64,000 nt of DNA from Entomortierella parvispora E1425 (taxonomy: Eukaryota > Fungi > Mortierellomycota). Below the pieces are notes generated by a model. That model made no database searches. It worked only from the letters and a program-made list of their open reading frames with translations, and was not told the DNA's origin. The stretch covers positions 806,001 to 870,000 of the forward strand of contig BQFW01000014.1 in assembly GCA_020891255.1 (NCBI GenBank). Direction: 5' to 3'. Shown in pieces: positions 25,905 to 38,202 of the stretch; position 1 is the first letter of the stretch; every line of letters begins with the position of its first letter. A program made the translations under genes and the position numbers.

Positions 25905-27414
25905 GATGAAGTAGTGGGGTAAAGGTTAAAAAGAGGGGGTAGAGGGGGTGAAGGTGAAGAAGGATACAGAAGAAAAAGAAAGAAGGAAGAAGAGAAGAAG
26001 AAAAAAAAAAGTTGTTGAACGGCGGGAGAAACATCTTTATATAAGGCCCAGTGGCAGTGGCTCGGAGCGGGTGAAGGGGATTGGTCGGTGTCCTTTGGGG
26101 TCTGAGTGAATCGAGTGTATTCTAAAAGCCATTCATTCAAAGACAGCGAGAGAAAAGAGGCTCCATCACTGGAAAACAAGGTTCAGGTGCACCGGGATAT
26201 TCTCACTTTCTCTTTCCTTCTCGCAGTGCCTGCCTGACTCCACTGGCTCGCCTCGCTCGCTCGCTCGCTGTTGCCTCGAGAGACGGGGCAACAATACAAA
26301 CAGAGTCCCCCCTCTTTGCCTCCCCTGTTACGTTGCTGCTGTCTGTTGACATCACTCTGTCCGGGACCTGTGTCTCTCTGTGTCTGTGTCTCGCTGTAGG
26401 GTTGGCGCTAGTCCCGCTATTCGACTATTACATACCATTACCTCTTTTGCCTTGCTTCCTTCCTCTTTTAAACTCTTCGGCATCCATCCTCTGTCCACTA
26501 TCTTCTGCATCATCATCACTCGCCACTAGCACGCGGCAATCGGTGGATCCGTACTCTGGCTTGACTTGGAACAGAGCAGTAGCCCAAACTGAATCGCACA
26601 TACACTTTTCCGGCTTGTAGACTAAACAGGTGTCCACCCTATCTTCTGCTTCCTCCCGACCGCGATGCGGGGGTCCCACTTGTGGTACTTTTCACAACCG
26701 CAACATAACCCTGTAGGTGCAAAACTCCATCTCACGAACAATGACAGCAACCTGTCCTTTTCTTTTTCTTTGCTCTTTATTTTCATTTCGAAAACAGAGT
26801 TCCCGTGGGAAATTTTCGGGGGGAATGAACAAAAATGGATATCAATGTTGCTGCTGTGGCTAGATGAACCAAAGATGGGACGTGCGACCTCGTCCCTCCA
26901 CAACGAAAGGACAATGACATGCAGAACGCTGTGAAAAGACCACCCCTCCTCCTTCACTCTTGAACAGAAGACAATATTGGGCGAGCCTCTTGCAATAGGA
27001 GGCAAGGGCTATTTGAGAGGGGATCAAGAAAAAGAAAAAGTGCCACTACGAGCCTCAGAGTACTTCCCCTCCCGTGTGGGTGGGTTGGTGGTGACTCGAC
27101 CGGCCCATTTTGGCCGCTTTTGCCTTTTGCCCGCTCGCTCTCATTGTCGTTTCTTTTCTTGTTCTTTTCTTGCTTCTTTGTCTTTTTTGTTTTTGGGGGC
27201 GTCCAATCCGAGCTGTAACTTTGGTCAGCACCTCTGGCATCCAAAATGATGTCACACAGCTTTTCAGGCACGGGGGCATGTATCTCCTTTGGGCCTCACA
27301 CTTCTTTTTTTCTTTCCTCTTTCCGCACAACACACCCTTCCACAGATACCTTCAACACTTTGGCATGTCAGGATTTGTTCAAAATGCTACAATGACTTTT
27401 TTTCAGGATTTCTT

Positions 27415-28531
27415 TTAGGAGATCAAAGGGAACATGGCCTTGCGACCACGGGGATAGTCCGAAAAGTCCTTGCGGTAGCTGCGGTGCTTCTTAAGCGCCC
27501 AGATATACATCTGACCGACGGCGACGACAAAGAACAAATGGGCAGACCAGGACATAGTCAGGACAGAGACTGCCAACCAGGACAGGGTCTCGAAAAAGTA
27601 GTTGGGGCAGGACACAAGATCAAATCCATATCCACGGGGAATCTTGCGGACACGGGTGCCAGGAGGACGAAGGTTACGGAGGGTGACATGGGTATGGAAG
27701 TTGGACAGCTCAGCAAAGATATACAAAGCAATGCATCCATAGACCAAAGCATCGCTCCTCTCGGCCAACTTGGTGCCAGCGGCGTTCCAGGGACCATAGA
27801 CCCAGTAGGCGAGGTTCAAGCCAGACAGCAAATGGTAATGAGCGCTGTTCTTGAAGACGTTGCGGAAGGGCATTGTTCCGTGAGAGAAGCGGTGGACAAA
27901 CACAGTCTCGTACTCGCGCTTCAAGAAGTGAAGCATCACCATCCAGTAAGTAACACTAAGAACGATCCATGAAGAAGCGGGTTAGATCTATTGTAACACT
28001 CCAGATCCAGCTCTTTTGGGTCCAATCTGCGCTATTTTGAGTCCTTACGTCTGCATCCAGCTGTGCTCAAAGGCCTTTCCGTAAAACAAGGAAGGAAGGT
28101 AGTAGACCAAAGGATGAATAACGAGAGGGCCTCCATATTCGATCAAAAAGACAGTTCTCCAGCTGATCTGGGGGCCTGGTTGACAGTTAAAGCAAGATAG
28201 CACAGGATCCAAGCACAGAGATCAGTTCTTTGAGCACTTTGAGCAATTGAGACCTGGGTTCATTCGTCCGACGACTCTCCTGGGACATACCGAGATCCTT
28301 GAACGCCACAGAGTCACCATCCTTGAGGTTGTAGTCAGCGAGGGTCTTGCCGACCTCCAATGCAGTCTTTTCAACGGTCAAGCGCTGACGGTCGGGGTAG
28401 TACTCGGGAAAGCTTTTGGCGATGGCGGCCTTGACGGCGTCGACAGTGACATCCTTGGGCGAGCCAGCGAGGTCGAGAGTAAGAGGGAATTTGCGCGACT
28501 TGGGCGACCGGGGGGTGATGGTCAACTTCAT
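27415..28531 (-). CDS. TSC13: Very-long-chain enoyl-CoA reductase (Tsc13/TECR)
   Basis: Exons 28531-28291, 28175-28049 and 27955-27415. Ubiquitin-like N-terminus, FKDLGPQISWRTVFLIEY, HFLKREYETVFVHRFSHGTMP, FKNSAHY and LVSCPNYFFE. Confidence 0.95.
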
Positions 28532-29430
28532 TGCGGTTGTGGATGTTGATGGAGGGATGGAGAGAAAAAGAAAAAAAAAGACTGATCTCTGTGCCAGCAA
28601 AGCGCACAAGGACGGCTTCTGTAACCCAACAATTTTGGCTTCGGATTCGGTCCTGACAAAGATTCTTTCCCCTGTCTCGTGTCTCGCCTTGGGCGTCGGG
28701 CTTTGCTCCGGGTGGCCAATGTGTGTCTGTTTGTAAATGCGTGCAAAAGCCAAGTAGGCTGCAGAGACGCCGGACAGCGTCTGCCTTGGTCTAAGTCTCG
28801 GCAATGCTTGTGAATGCATTGAAGTAATGTGGACATCGTTCCATCCAAACACTGCCTTTTCTTGCTTTTTGCTATCTTAAAATATAATTGTTCTAGCTTT
28901 TCTCTCTCGCCCAAAGTAACCCTTGTCTATCTCCAAAATGATACATCTTACCATAAAATGACCTTCAGTGGCAACTACAGTTCAATTGCTGGCTGCACTC
29001 GCTATCGACACTCAATTGGTCCCCTTTGTTCAATCTACCACCTGGACACACCAAGAAGATGTGGCAAGATGAAGAAAGGTAATCAAAACCGTAGCTAGAG
29101 GAGATAAGGAACCGGTACCCGGCAGTTCGGTAAGCCCGACTAGCAGTTGCTAGCGCAGTGTTTTGAGCAGGCAGACTTGTCTACGAATATGAGATCGGAT
29201 GGTACATGTTGGGACGATAGCGAAGGAAGACCAAAAAAAGGAACAAAAAAAATAAAAATGGTGGCGTCCTGGGAGGGACTGTCGCGCGTCGCGTCCCCTG
29301 TGTTGTTTGTTTTTGCTGTAAATTAACCTGCTTTTTTTTTGCTGCTTTCGTGTCTTCCTCCGCCATCTGCGTCCCTTCATTCATTCCCATCTCCATCTCC
29401 CATTCCTTCGGCTGTCACTCCCACAGATCC

Positions 29431-32400
29431 ATGGATTCGCCCAACACCACCCCGCCTCGTCGTGACCCAGGCTCGGCCTCTCCCACCAGCTCCGGTCCCC
29501 TTCAGACTCTCAACTCAAGCTTGAAACGCATCCGTCTCGGGGAGAATGCAGGCGACCCAATGACCAGATCAGATTCCTACGACAAGGAATGGGTAAGCGC
29601 ATTCTCAATGCAGGACGCAAATGCCAGCATCCTCTACCCCTTTACTCTCCAAGAGCTCAGTACAACCCATACTCAGTCCTATTGTCAGTCGATACTAACC
29701 AGGGTTGATATCCAACTAACTCTTGTAGAATGCAATCGACTTGGCCGAACTCGACGATTCCGAGGAGGCCGCAACTACTGTCAAGAAAGCTCGCAAAGAG
29801 GTATGACCCTGCTCTCAGAGGAAAGGAGGCACTAATAGCAAGAAATATTGACGATACTGTTGGCACTGACTTGGGCCTCTCTCTATGCTGGATCGATCGT
29901 AGACCGATGAAGTGGACGAGTTGGATTCGGATGACGATTTCGTAAAGGCTGTACCTGAACTGGATGTGAAAGATATGGTCGAGGAACGGTCCATATTCTC
30001 AGAGAATACAATCATGCCAGGACGAACGACAGGGGCAATCCTCGAAAGATCCTTCAAAACAACCACTATAAACAGGACTGTCAAGTCAAAGGGGGCAAAG
30101 CCTACCAGGAACAACAACGGCATGGAGGACGTCTTTACACACGCACAAGTTCGAACATGGTCTGAAGTGCGAGTCAAGACCTGGGAACATCGAAGGACCA
30201 ATACGGAGGGCTTCTATTATCGCTTTGTTGGTAAGTTTTGTGACATCGTCAATCTTACTTCTTAAGTGCAGCAGCATTTGGTGGCGCATCACGTCAACTA
30301 GATCCTGACATTTTTTTTCTTTGGTCACAGATCCCACGGAAGGACAGCAGAATGGACCATGGGGCAAAAAGTCATCAGAGCAGTTTATGGAAAGACTCCA
30401 GGAGTGGAAAGCAAGAGGAATCCGTATCGGAACCTCTTGGGGTATCTTCAGCATGGGTGTCAGCCACAAGGCAGGATATCAGTGTAGCTCCTACTATAGG
30501 AAACTCCTCGAGAACAAGACTCTCACGGATCCGGCGTACGAATGGCAGGGAGGCAAACTCATCATGGTTCACAAATCCAGTGGTGGAGAGATGGCGATTA
30601 GTGGACTGAGCGAAAGATGGGATACACCTGAAGTGAAGGAGATTGAGGCAAATATTAACGGCTGGATCAAGGAATATCACAGCAATATGGCGTAAGTGAT
30701 CGACCTGCTTGAAAAGCTCTGGCTCAAGTCAAAGTTGTATCATGATCTAACTAGTCTTGTCTACTTGGAATATTTCAGAGGTCGGCCAGCAGGTCATAAT
30801 AAGGTGAAAAAGTCCGAGTCGGCGAGCGCTGGATCTGGATCTGGATCTTCTTCGGCAAGCGTAAAGACAACCACAACGTCTATGTCAAGGTCCAGTCTCC
30901 ACTTTAGACCCACCACGGAGGCTCCTCGAGTGAAAGTAACAACGGCACCGGCTGTTCCCAAAGCACTGTCACTCAGACCTAGCAAAAACCAGCCAATTGA
31001 CGAGAGCGAAATGATACCCGTCATTGATATTAATGACAAGTTGGCAGAATACTCATCTTTCATGAAGTAAGTTACAGGGATTACGGCTTTGGCAGTTCTT
31101 GCTGCTGTTCGAGAAGCGAAATGCATTCTTACTTCTGCATGTTACTCTCTAGGAAAACATCAAGTAGCACTGGCAGCATCAGGCAGTCCATGTCTTTTAA
31201 GATCACTGGAACAATAGGCTCTACCACGAGCCCCATTGCAAAAAATATCACCCCAATAGAAGTCAGGAAAGCACCACTAACATCGAGTGGATCCAAGGGA
31301 CAGACAGGTCTTTCATTGTTTTGGAAGAATATCAGGCCTGTGAGAGTGGAATGCCCAGAAGTGCCCCGCTACATTATCCCGAAAGACGTCGAGCAACGAC
31401 CTACTTGGGCCCACAGGATCCAACCCTTTGAGGAGGTATCAACTGCTCTGGTGGAAGGCTCAACGTAAGTCAAAGTTGGATTGAATCACAGCCGTGCAGT
31501 AGACAATCATCTAATGCAGACTTGTTCATTCTCTACTTAGATACAAGGAAGTACGGTCTATGAGTAAACTCGACTGGGCGTCTCTTTCAGAAGGGTTCAG
31601 TGAGCCAATTTCAGATATCCAAGGAATCTTGGCTGATCCACCATGGAACTTTATCGTTGACGATGGACGAAACGATGGCGCCTGTCGGTTAACTATGGCC
31701 GCATTCGAAGGAATCATGGAGAAAGCAATGGAGATGATGCCTAATGGAATCGTCAGTATTTGGACCCATAAGGCCATTTTACCAGAAGTTGTCAGCATCA
31801 TGCATGGACTTGGTACGTTCCCTTTCATTTTTTTTTTTTTTTTTTTTTTCACTCGCTAAATACTTTGCGAGCAAGAATCATCGGTGAGGATGCTAACGCG
31901 TACAGCCCACGCTCTCACGTCTTAGGTTGTCGATATGTCGAGAATTTGGTTTGGTACAAGCTCGGCCTTAACAATGCCAACCTCGACCGTGCCTCCCCTT
32001 ACTTTCGATCATCCAAAGAGATTCTGCTCATGTTCAAGAGGGTACGTCATTGCTGAGCTTTGTGTACCCTTTTTACCAGACACTGACAATATTCTACTCC
32101 ATGAAAACTTTGGAATTTATAGGGCGATGGATTTGATATTCGCCACCAACGTACAGCAGATGTTATCATGGACTTTGAGACGCCCACCACGGCTTGGATT
32201 CACGAAGAGTTTACAGAGCCAAAGCCGGAGGCTGTTTTTGAAATGATGGAGATTATGCTTCCTGATGCACGGTATGTCCCAGAAGTTGGACGAGGCAGGC
32301 TGCTAGAGCTGTGGGCCAAGAAGAGTCAGACCCGCCGTCCTGGATGGATCAGTATTCACGAACAAAAGTTGGCTCTATCGGAGGTTGAGGAGAAAGATGG

Positions 32401-32635
32401 TAACATGACCGAATCGGATGCAAAGGTCGCAATAGAAGTCGCAGTGGACAAGCAGCAGGAGACGGCACTGGGCGTGGATGAGAAACCACTTGAGCTTGAC
32501 ACGGATGGGATCGCGCCTTGTGAAGAGGCCCCTGAGCAATTAGTCTCTGGCAGGAGCACTCCTAACTCTTTGGAGGACCTGGACGAATCTGCCCTCGAAG
32601 CTCTGGTGAGCAACGATATGGATGTAGATGAGTAG
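29431..32635 (+). CDS. MT-A70 family adenine methyltransferase (MTA9/AMT6-7-like) with N-terminal Myb/SANT-like domain, 807 aa
   Basis: Nine exons (29431-29592, 29729-29800, 29903-30230, 30331-30691, 30779-31066, 31153-31464, 31541-31812, 31926-32041, 32123-32635). All junctions are GT-AG and phase-consistent, totalling 2424 nt. C-terminal motifs ILADPPW, IWTHK, YVENLVW, YFRSSKEILLMFKR, IRHQRTADV, LLELWA and RPGWISI. N-terminal segment FYYRFVDP..Q.GPW...F..R.....WGIFSM....GYQCSSYYR. Confidence 0.85.
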
Positions 32636-33305
32636 GTTGCGTCTGCAATCAAAATAAAAACGCGATTTGTATCATCCTGTTATCCTCTTGTCTGATGTTG
32701 AAGTTCTTTCCCCCATCTTCCCCCTCTTTGTCCCGCGAAGTGTATTTTTTTACTTGCCTTGCCGCTTCAGCCTCACTCTTTTTTTTTTTTTTGGTCATGT
32801 AACTCCCACATCTCCTCTTGGTCGTATCCTTCTCCCGTTCCGTCTTGTGCTGTTTCGGTCATCTATACTTTAAGCCCCGCTGTTCGCCATACAGAACGAA
32901 GAACTTATAACATCCCCTGAACCACTCCTCATTGCTGATTTGACTCCCCATCTAGATCTTCCACTCTCTTCACTCTTTCCTGCTTCTCATCCACTGCTCT
33001 CTCGCCGTCCCCCATGGTAATCTGCAGAAAATATATCAAAATTCGAGCACAATTTCATCTCTGGAAGTCCCAATTATTTTTTCCAATCACTAATTCTTTC
33101 TCTCAACGATGAAACGTCATCTGCGTTATTGTTTATAGGTTTTTTTTCCATCGTTTGACGTGTTTTTCGGCGGGAAAACCTCTTTTTTGGCGAGGAAAGC
33201 CATGATCGTGAAAGGGTCATGTATTGATATACCGCAGAGAGAAAAATCTTTCATCAAAGATCAACAAAAACTGGCCAATCAGGTCAGGATCATGCGATCT
33301 TATCA

Positions 33306-33378
33306 GGGGATCTAGCTCAAATGGTAGAGCGCTCGCTTAGCATGCGAGAGGCACTGGGATCGATGCCCAGGTTCTCCA
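33306..33378 (+). tRNA. tRNA-Ala (AGC)
   Basis: 73-nt cloverleaf: acceptor stem GGGGATC/GTTCTCC-A, D arm GCTCAAATGGTAGAGC, anticodon arm CTCGC-TTAGCAT-GCGAG, T arm CTGGG-ATCGATG-CCCAG, and downstream T-runs. Confidence 0.97.
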
Positions 33379-33855
33379 ATATTTTGTTTTTGGCCTTTTT
33401 TTGTTGTTTTTCCGTCGGTCGGTGAAGGATGGATAAAAAATCTAACCAACGACCATGTCGTTTGTTAGTTTTCCACCGACCATGGGGGGGGAGGACCATC
33501 TACAGGACATCCACCCTACAAAGTTATTTTGGTACTTTTCTGGTTGAGAGCAAACGGACACAACGTTCGTAAAGGTACTTTTCTTCTTTTGCACCCAATA
33601 AACGCGATGAGTGCCTTTGCCCTAGAAACCGGGTCCACACTCTTCTGGCGGTACCTTTTCGCACACTCTGTTCTTCTGTCTCATTATTCATTTATTCATC
33701 GGGTGGTCAAAAAAAGGAAGACCTGGTCAATCGAACGACCAATGACCATTTTCAGGACTTTATTACAGAGCTCCCCCTCGAATTTCCGACCGCTGCAACG
33801 CAGTTATCAACATCGTATGTTGATGAGGCGAGTCCGTGGTCGTGGCAACGTTGTT

Positions 33856-34350
33856 TTACATGCTACTAATGCTGAGGGTATTCAGCAAAAGTGTAAGATC
33901 CTCTTCTTCTGTATGTGCTTGCAGGACTGAATTAGCCGCAGCAGCTGGGTAGTGAAGGTGGACTTGTATGTGGTCAGTTCCTTTTCCAAGACCGAGATCG
34001 CAAGAAGACGTCAAGAAACTGACGGGATCGTAAAAGAATCTGCCGCTGATCTTGGAGCAGTTATCGTATAACAGGAGTGCGTCGGGCTCTTCGACCAACA
34101 CATCTGCTAAAGCATCTTCTCGAGACTTGTGTATCATCAGCACATCGTGGAACACATGTACCGCGCCTCTTTTCGGTGCTAGGAGGTACATGCGCCACTC
34201 ATTGTGGTTCATCATAATCCCTTCGAAAGGAATCTCAGTATCTCCAAAGCTACAACAGGCGCGTCCATTGGACCTTTTAACTTGTAACCAAATAGATTTA
34301 TCATGGTCATCAAGAATGATAAAAGGCGCCTTGGTTCGATGGTTGATCAT
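33856..34350 (-). CDS. Hypothetical protein, family unknown
   Basis: 164-codon ORF with globular-looking composition. It has a possible 5'UTR intron (GTGAGT...CCCTAG) and a possible internal intron that would end the protein ...FFYDPKKRILHFC. No motif recognised. Confidence 0.35.
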   Translation of the reverse strand: MINHRTKAPFIILDDHDKSIWLQVKRSNGRACCSFGDTEIPFEGIMMNHNEWRMYLLAPKRGAVHVFHDVLMIHKSREDALADVLVEEPDALLLYDNCSKISGRFFYDPVSFLTSSCDLGLGKGTDHIQVHLHYPAAAANSVLQAHTEEEDLTLLLNTLSISSM

Positions 34351-34925
34351 TTCCGCAAAAATGATAGCTCTGCTTCTCTAGGGGATTGATGGAGTTCGGA
34401 TTGCTATATCGCTCTTTAGATGCCATTATGATCAAGCTGACTATCCCATGGTACTGCTTTTCTTCACTACTCACCTAACGGCAGTTGATGTAAAGAATCA
34501 AAGGAAAGGGAAAGTGCCCACGGGGAAGGATTAAAAGGCAGTGAAGATATCACTACGGCGGCTTAAGCAGGGAGTTGAAAGGCAAGGACTTGCGGAGAGA
34601 AGACTCCAGCGGCTGAAGGGGGGGGGGGGGGGGAGGAGTTGCGGAGTAAAAGTGTTGATGGTAAAGAAAAGAGACACCATTGCGAGTCAGCAGCTGTGCA
34701 AATGTGCACCTGCCGAGAAGGCGAAGCGCGTGCAGTTGAAGGCAAAGTAAAAGGGGATGTTGTTGTTGTCACTGACGCCTTGTGGACACACATCGACCTT
34801 ACGCTTTTGACCAGAGCAACTGAAGATCACTGTGATAACTTCTTCCACCGTCATGTCATATACATGTCAGTTCTTGTCGACGCAGTCCAACGGACCTATC
34901 AGAGACAAAGAGAAATTCGGAGAAG

Positions 34926-35729
34926 TTGAATGCAAAGAAGCAGATCGCCCCGTCTCTGAACGCTTGGTTTTCGAGGGCGGGCATTGAGGATACGGTAGAC
35001 GAGAACGAGCAACAGCCACGACCACAGACACAGCGATATCCTTCACAGCCGCACCATGACATCGACAAACAAACAGCGTTCTTCATCGATACCTGGAGAA
35101 CCACAGTAATGATCGATCAAGATGTCAATGACTTGGAACCCTGGAGGCAACTAATGCCCGAGAGGGTGAGTGCAATGAACGAGCTGATCGATGGATGTGA
35201 AGAAGAAGTTCATCATGTCAAGGAATTGCAAAGGATGGCTGCAGCGGTTACCAACTCTGATACCAACACTGCATATGAGAGTGAGAAACCCATGAATTCC
35301 TGCACTTTCTTTTTTTTTTTTAAAAAAAAAAAAGAAATAGCCGGCTTCGTTGCAGAACTAGCACTTGAACCGGCAGCACCGGAGATTGAGACGAAGGAGT
35401 ATCGAATGCCACGCGAGGCTTTTTAGTCTTGAGCCAAAGGGGTGAAGACCAACGATACAGAATATAGGCTAAAAACCAGGTCGAGTAGTCCAGTTCACTG
35501 GATCTTTCGGATCCCTCCCACGCGTTGCGACAAATTCCGCAGTTCCTTCCCTGCAAAGAATAAAATGGCAAACTCAAAAGAACGTAGCGCCGAGCCACCC
35601 GTCGCGGCCCCCTTTGACGTCAAACTAGGCACAGGCCAAAGAGCTTTACTTGATCAGATATACCCGGATTTACTTTGTTACCCACCCAAGTCGTACCAAG
35701 TTTTGAAGCAATTGCTTGTGCAACATTGA
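34926..35729 (+). pseudogene. Possible degenerate or lineage-specific gene
   Basis: Two same-frame open segments (34926-35426 and 35442-35729) are separated by TAG TCT TGA. A possible 60-nt intron lies at 35281-35340, and there is no clear in-frame start codon near the 5' end. Confidence 0.25.
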
Positions 35730-35946
35730 AGTTGACAACTATCTTCTTAAACCTGGGGTCAATTCGCGCGTTGGATCGTTCAAGAGGAAAAACAAAAGTG
35801 GATGCGGATATCGAGAGTGGGAAACGCTGGCGATTATTATTATTATTATTTGTTGCTGATGGTACAAGTTTGGGTAGATGAGGGTAGAGGTGTACAGATA
35901 GTAAAAAAAAATTGGGGCGTTGTCAAGGGCGGCTGGATGTCTCCAT

Positions 35947-37295
35947 TCAAAGCACGAGCTCCGTGTTGAAGACCCTAAAGAAACGACCATGCATGAAAAA
36001 AAAAACGAACGGATGTCAGTAAAAAAAAAGCTTCAGAGCAGTATCATATCTTTGATTCCCAAATCAAAGAAACATCTTTCCACAACCACACAAGGGGAGG
36101 AAAAAAAAAAAAAAGGAGATGACATACTTGTCCCAGATCTTGGAAGTGATACCGTATCCACCCTGGAAGTTCTTGTAATGATGAGCAAGGTGATATGTCT
36201 TCATCTCCCTGAAGTGAGCAAAAGGTTGGTTGCTGTGGTGCAAAAAGAAGTGGGTCATGTCGTAGAGAACATAGCCAAAGAAGGCTCCTGCCATGACTGC
36301 GTAGGCCTGGCTGTCTGCAAAGATGGAATGACCCAGAGCATTCAAGGGGAAGGCCAGGGCAACGGCGAGAGCTGGGGGCATGACCAATCGCAATCTAAGA
36401 TGCAAGGGTGAGCGAGATCGATGCTTTAGCAAAAAGAAAATACCAGGAGAAGACACAAACCAAAAAAAAAAAAAAATTGCAAAATCTCAAAAACACAAAA
36501 AAAAGGTGACCACAACAGAAGCAAAACATACCTGTCCATGGGAAGATAGTGGTGAATGCCATGAAGCAAAAAGTGGAGCGTGAGCCAGGCAGTGGAGTCC
36601 GGCAAGAGATCATCCAAATGAAACAAAAACCGGTGGATAACATATTCCGCGAGGGTCCAGAGGGCCATTCCGCTCAGAAAATATAGGGCCACCTGATCAA
36701 CTGCAAAACCTGTCTCCAGACTCCTCTTGACGTTGTAGGCGATGATGGGCAACCAGAAGATGGGAATCATGTACCAGGGCGTCTTGGTGAAGACTTCCAG
36801 GTAAGGCGCACCAAAGATCTGGGCCGGCCTGGACAGGTGACGAGGAATATGGACTTGTTCCAAATAGAAGGCCTTAGAAAAGTCGCTGTTCCAGAGTTGC
36901 CAAAGCAATGGCTTGGAGAGGTCCAAGAACTTTGTCTTCTTGTCGGCAGCGAGGTCTGTGGGTTTGAGGTAGTCTTCATCATCGCCGCTGCTCTGGACAG
37001 ACTTGACGTGTGCCCGTTGCTGCAATCCTGAGGAAGTGGAGGACGAAGACGAAGTGTCAAGGGTTCCAACTCGGAAGTCGTCCATCATCTCGTAGGCGCC
37101 TTCGGAATGTGTGTGGGAGAGCTCGTCCTTCATGAGTTGCGTGATATCTTTTCCCGCGTTGTCAAGGATGTATTCTTCTCCACCTGGATGGTCCTGGACA
37201 AACGAGGTCATGTCAAAGACACCATCGTTGTGGATTACCCAGCAAGAGTCTGCCGTGTTGTGAGCCTTGACCTCAGCGCTGGTATAGGTGGTCAT
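35947..37295 (-). CDS. SCS7: Sphingolipid fatty acid 2-hydroxylase (cytochrome b5 fusion)
   Basis: Exons 37295-36532, 36394-36128 and 35974-35947. Cytochrome b5 HPGG motif. Histidine boxes HRFLFH, HGIHH, HFFLHH and HLAHH, plus FLEQVHIPRH-like YLEQVHIPRH and LRLVMPP. Confidence 0.95.
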
Positions 37296-38202
37296 GGTGG
37301 TGTCGGATCCTGGTATTTTTTTTCCGGCTGTGGATGATATGGACGGAGAAGGAGGAGGAGGAGGCAATTGAGAAAGAGAGAAGAGAGAAAGAGAAAGAGA
37401 GAGAGAGAGAGAGAGAGGTAGAAATAAGAGAGGAGGATGAGCGAAAAAACAAAGTAAAACGTCCGATCTGCTGAGAAATGGAGCGGAAAAAGGGATCAAG
37501 AAAGGCCAGTCACCGAAGACTTCGCAGTTTCGTTTTCCCGGAATGACATCGTTGTGCGCTGGGTCTGAATGGTCAGAATCTGACACCGCGGAAGTCTCCC
37601 TGGGGCGTGGCCCAGACACCTATCCCGAAGCATGGAAGCGGGTAAAGACGTTCGTAGTCTGACACCGCTGACACCTGAAAGATTGTTCTCTGATGGCGCT
37701 CGATCATGTTTGCTCTTCTCTGAGCTGGGGGGAGGTGGAGCCAGAAATTAACGCGTGCGGGGGGATGGATGTGGATCATTGTGTTGTGACCAAAGAGCGC
37801 GTGCACTGCGTGTGAACAGGAGAAGAATGAATGAAAGAAAAAGAGAGAGAGGGACAGAGAGGAGAGAGAGGAGAGAGCAGGCAACAAGCACCAGAACTCC
37901 AAAAGCGAAAAGCGCGCACTCAAGAGAAGGAGATTGAGAATAAAAAAAGAAAAAAAAAGACGGCTGTCGCACGTTGCAGCCACCATGATGTCTTCGCCCT
38001 TCTTGGCACAGCCAGAGCCGACTTTTTTTATCTTCTTTCTTTCCTGTTTCTCTTCTCTTCTTCACTTTCCTTTCATTCTCCCGCACACGCACGCACCCAA
38101 CTCGCCCACACATTCACTCCATCCATTCCCCATCTGCTCTCATTTCTTTACAACTTCTCCACTCTTTCACTCACTCTACACACCTCTTGACACTTACACA
38201 CT

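Noticed and set aside
26180-27400. ORFs between OAT and TSC13
   Set aside because: No coherent exon chain or recognisable motif. The region looks like promoter and 3'UTR sequence with (CTCG)n and T-rich tracts.
30150-30560. Calling the N-terminal domain of the MT-A70 gene the MTA1c subunit p1
   Set aside because: It does not match the p1 motif as I recall it (WNYTLSPGW...GIGKW...QTQRLLGQQS). It is called only Myb/SANT-like until a profile search is done.
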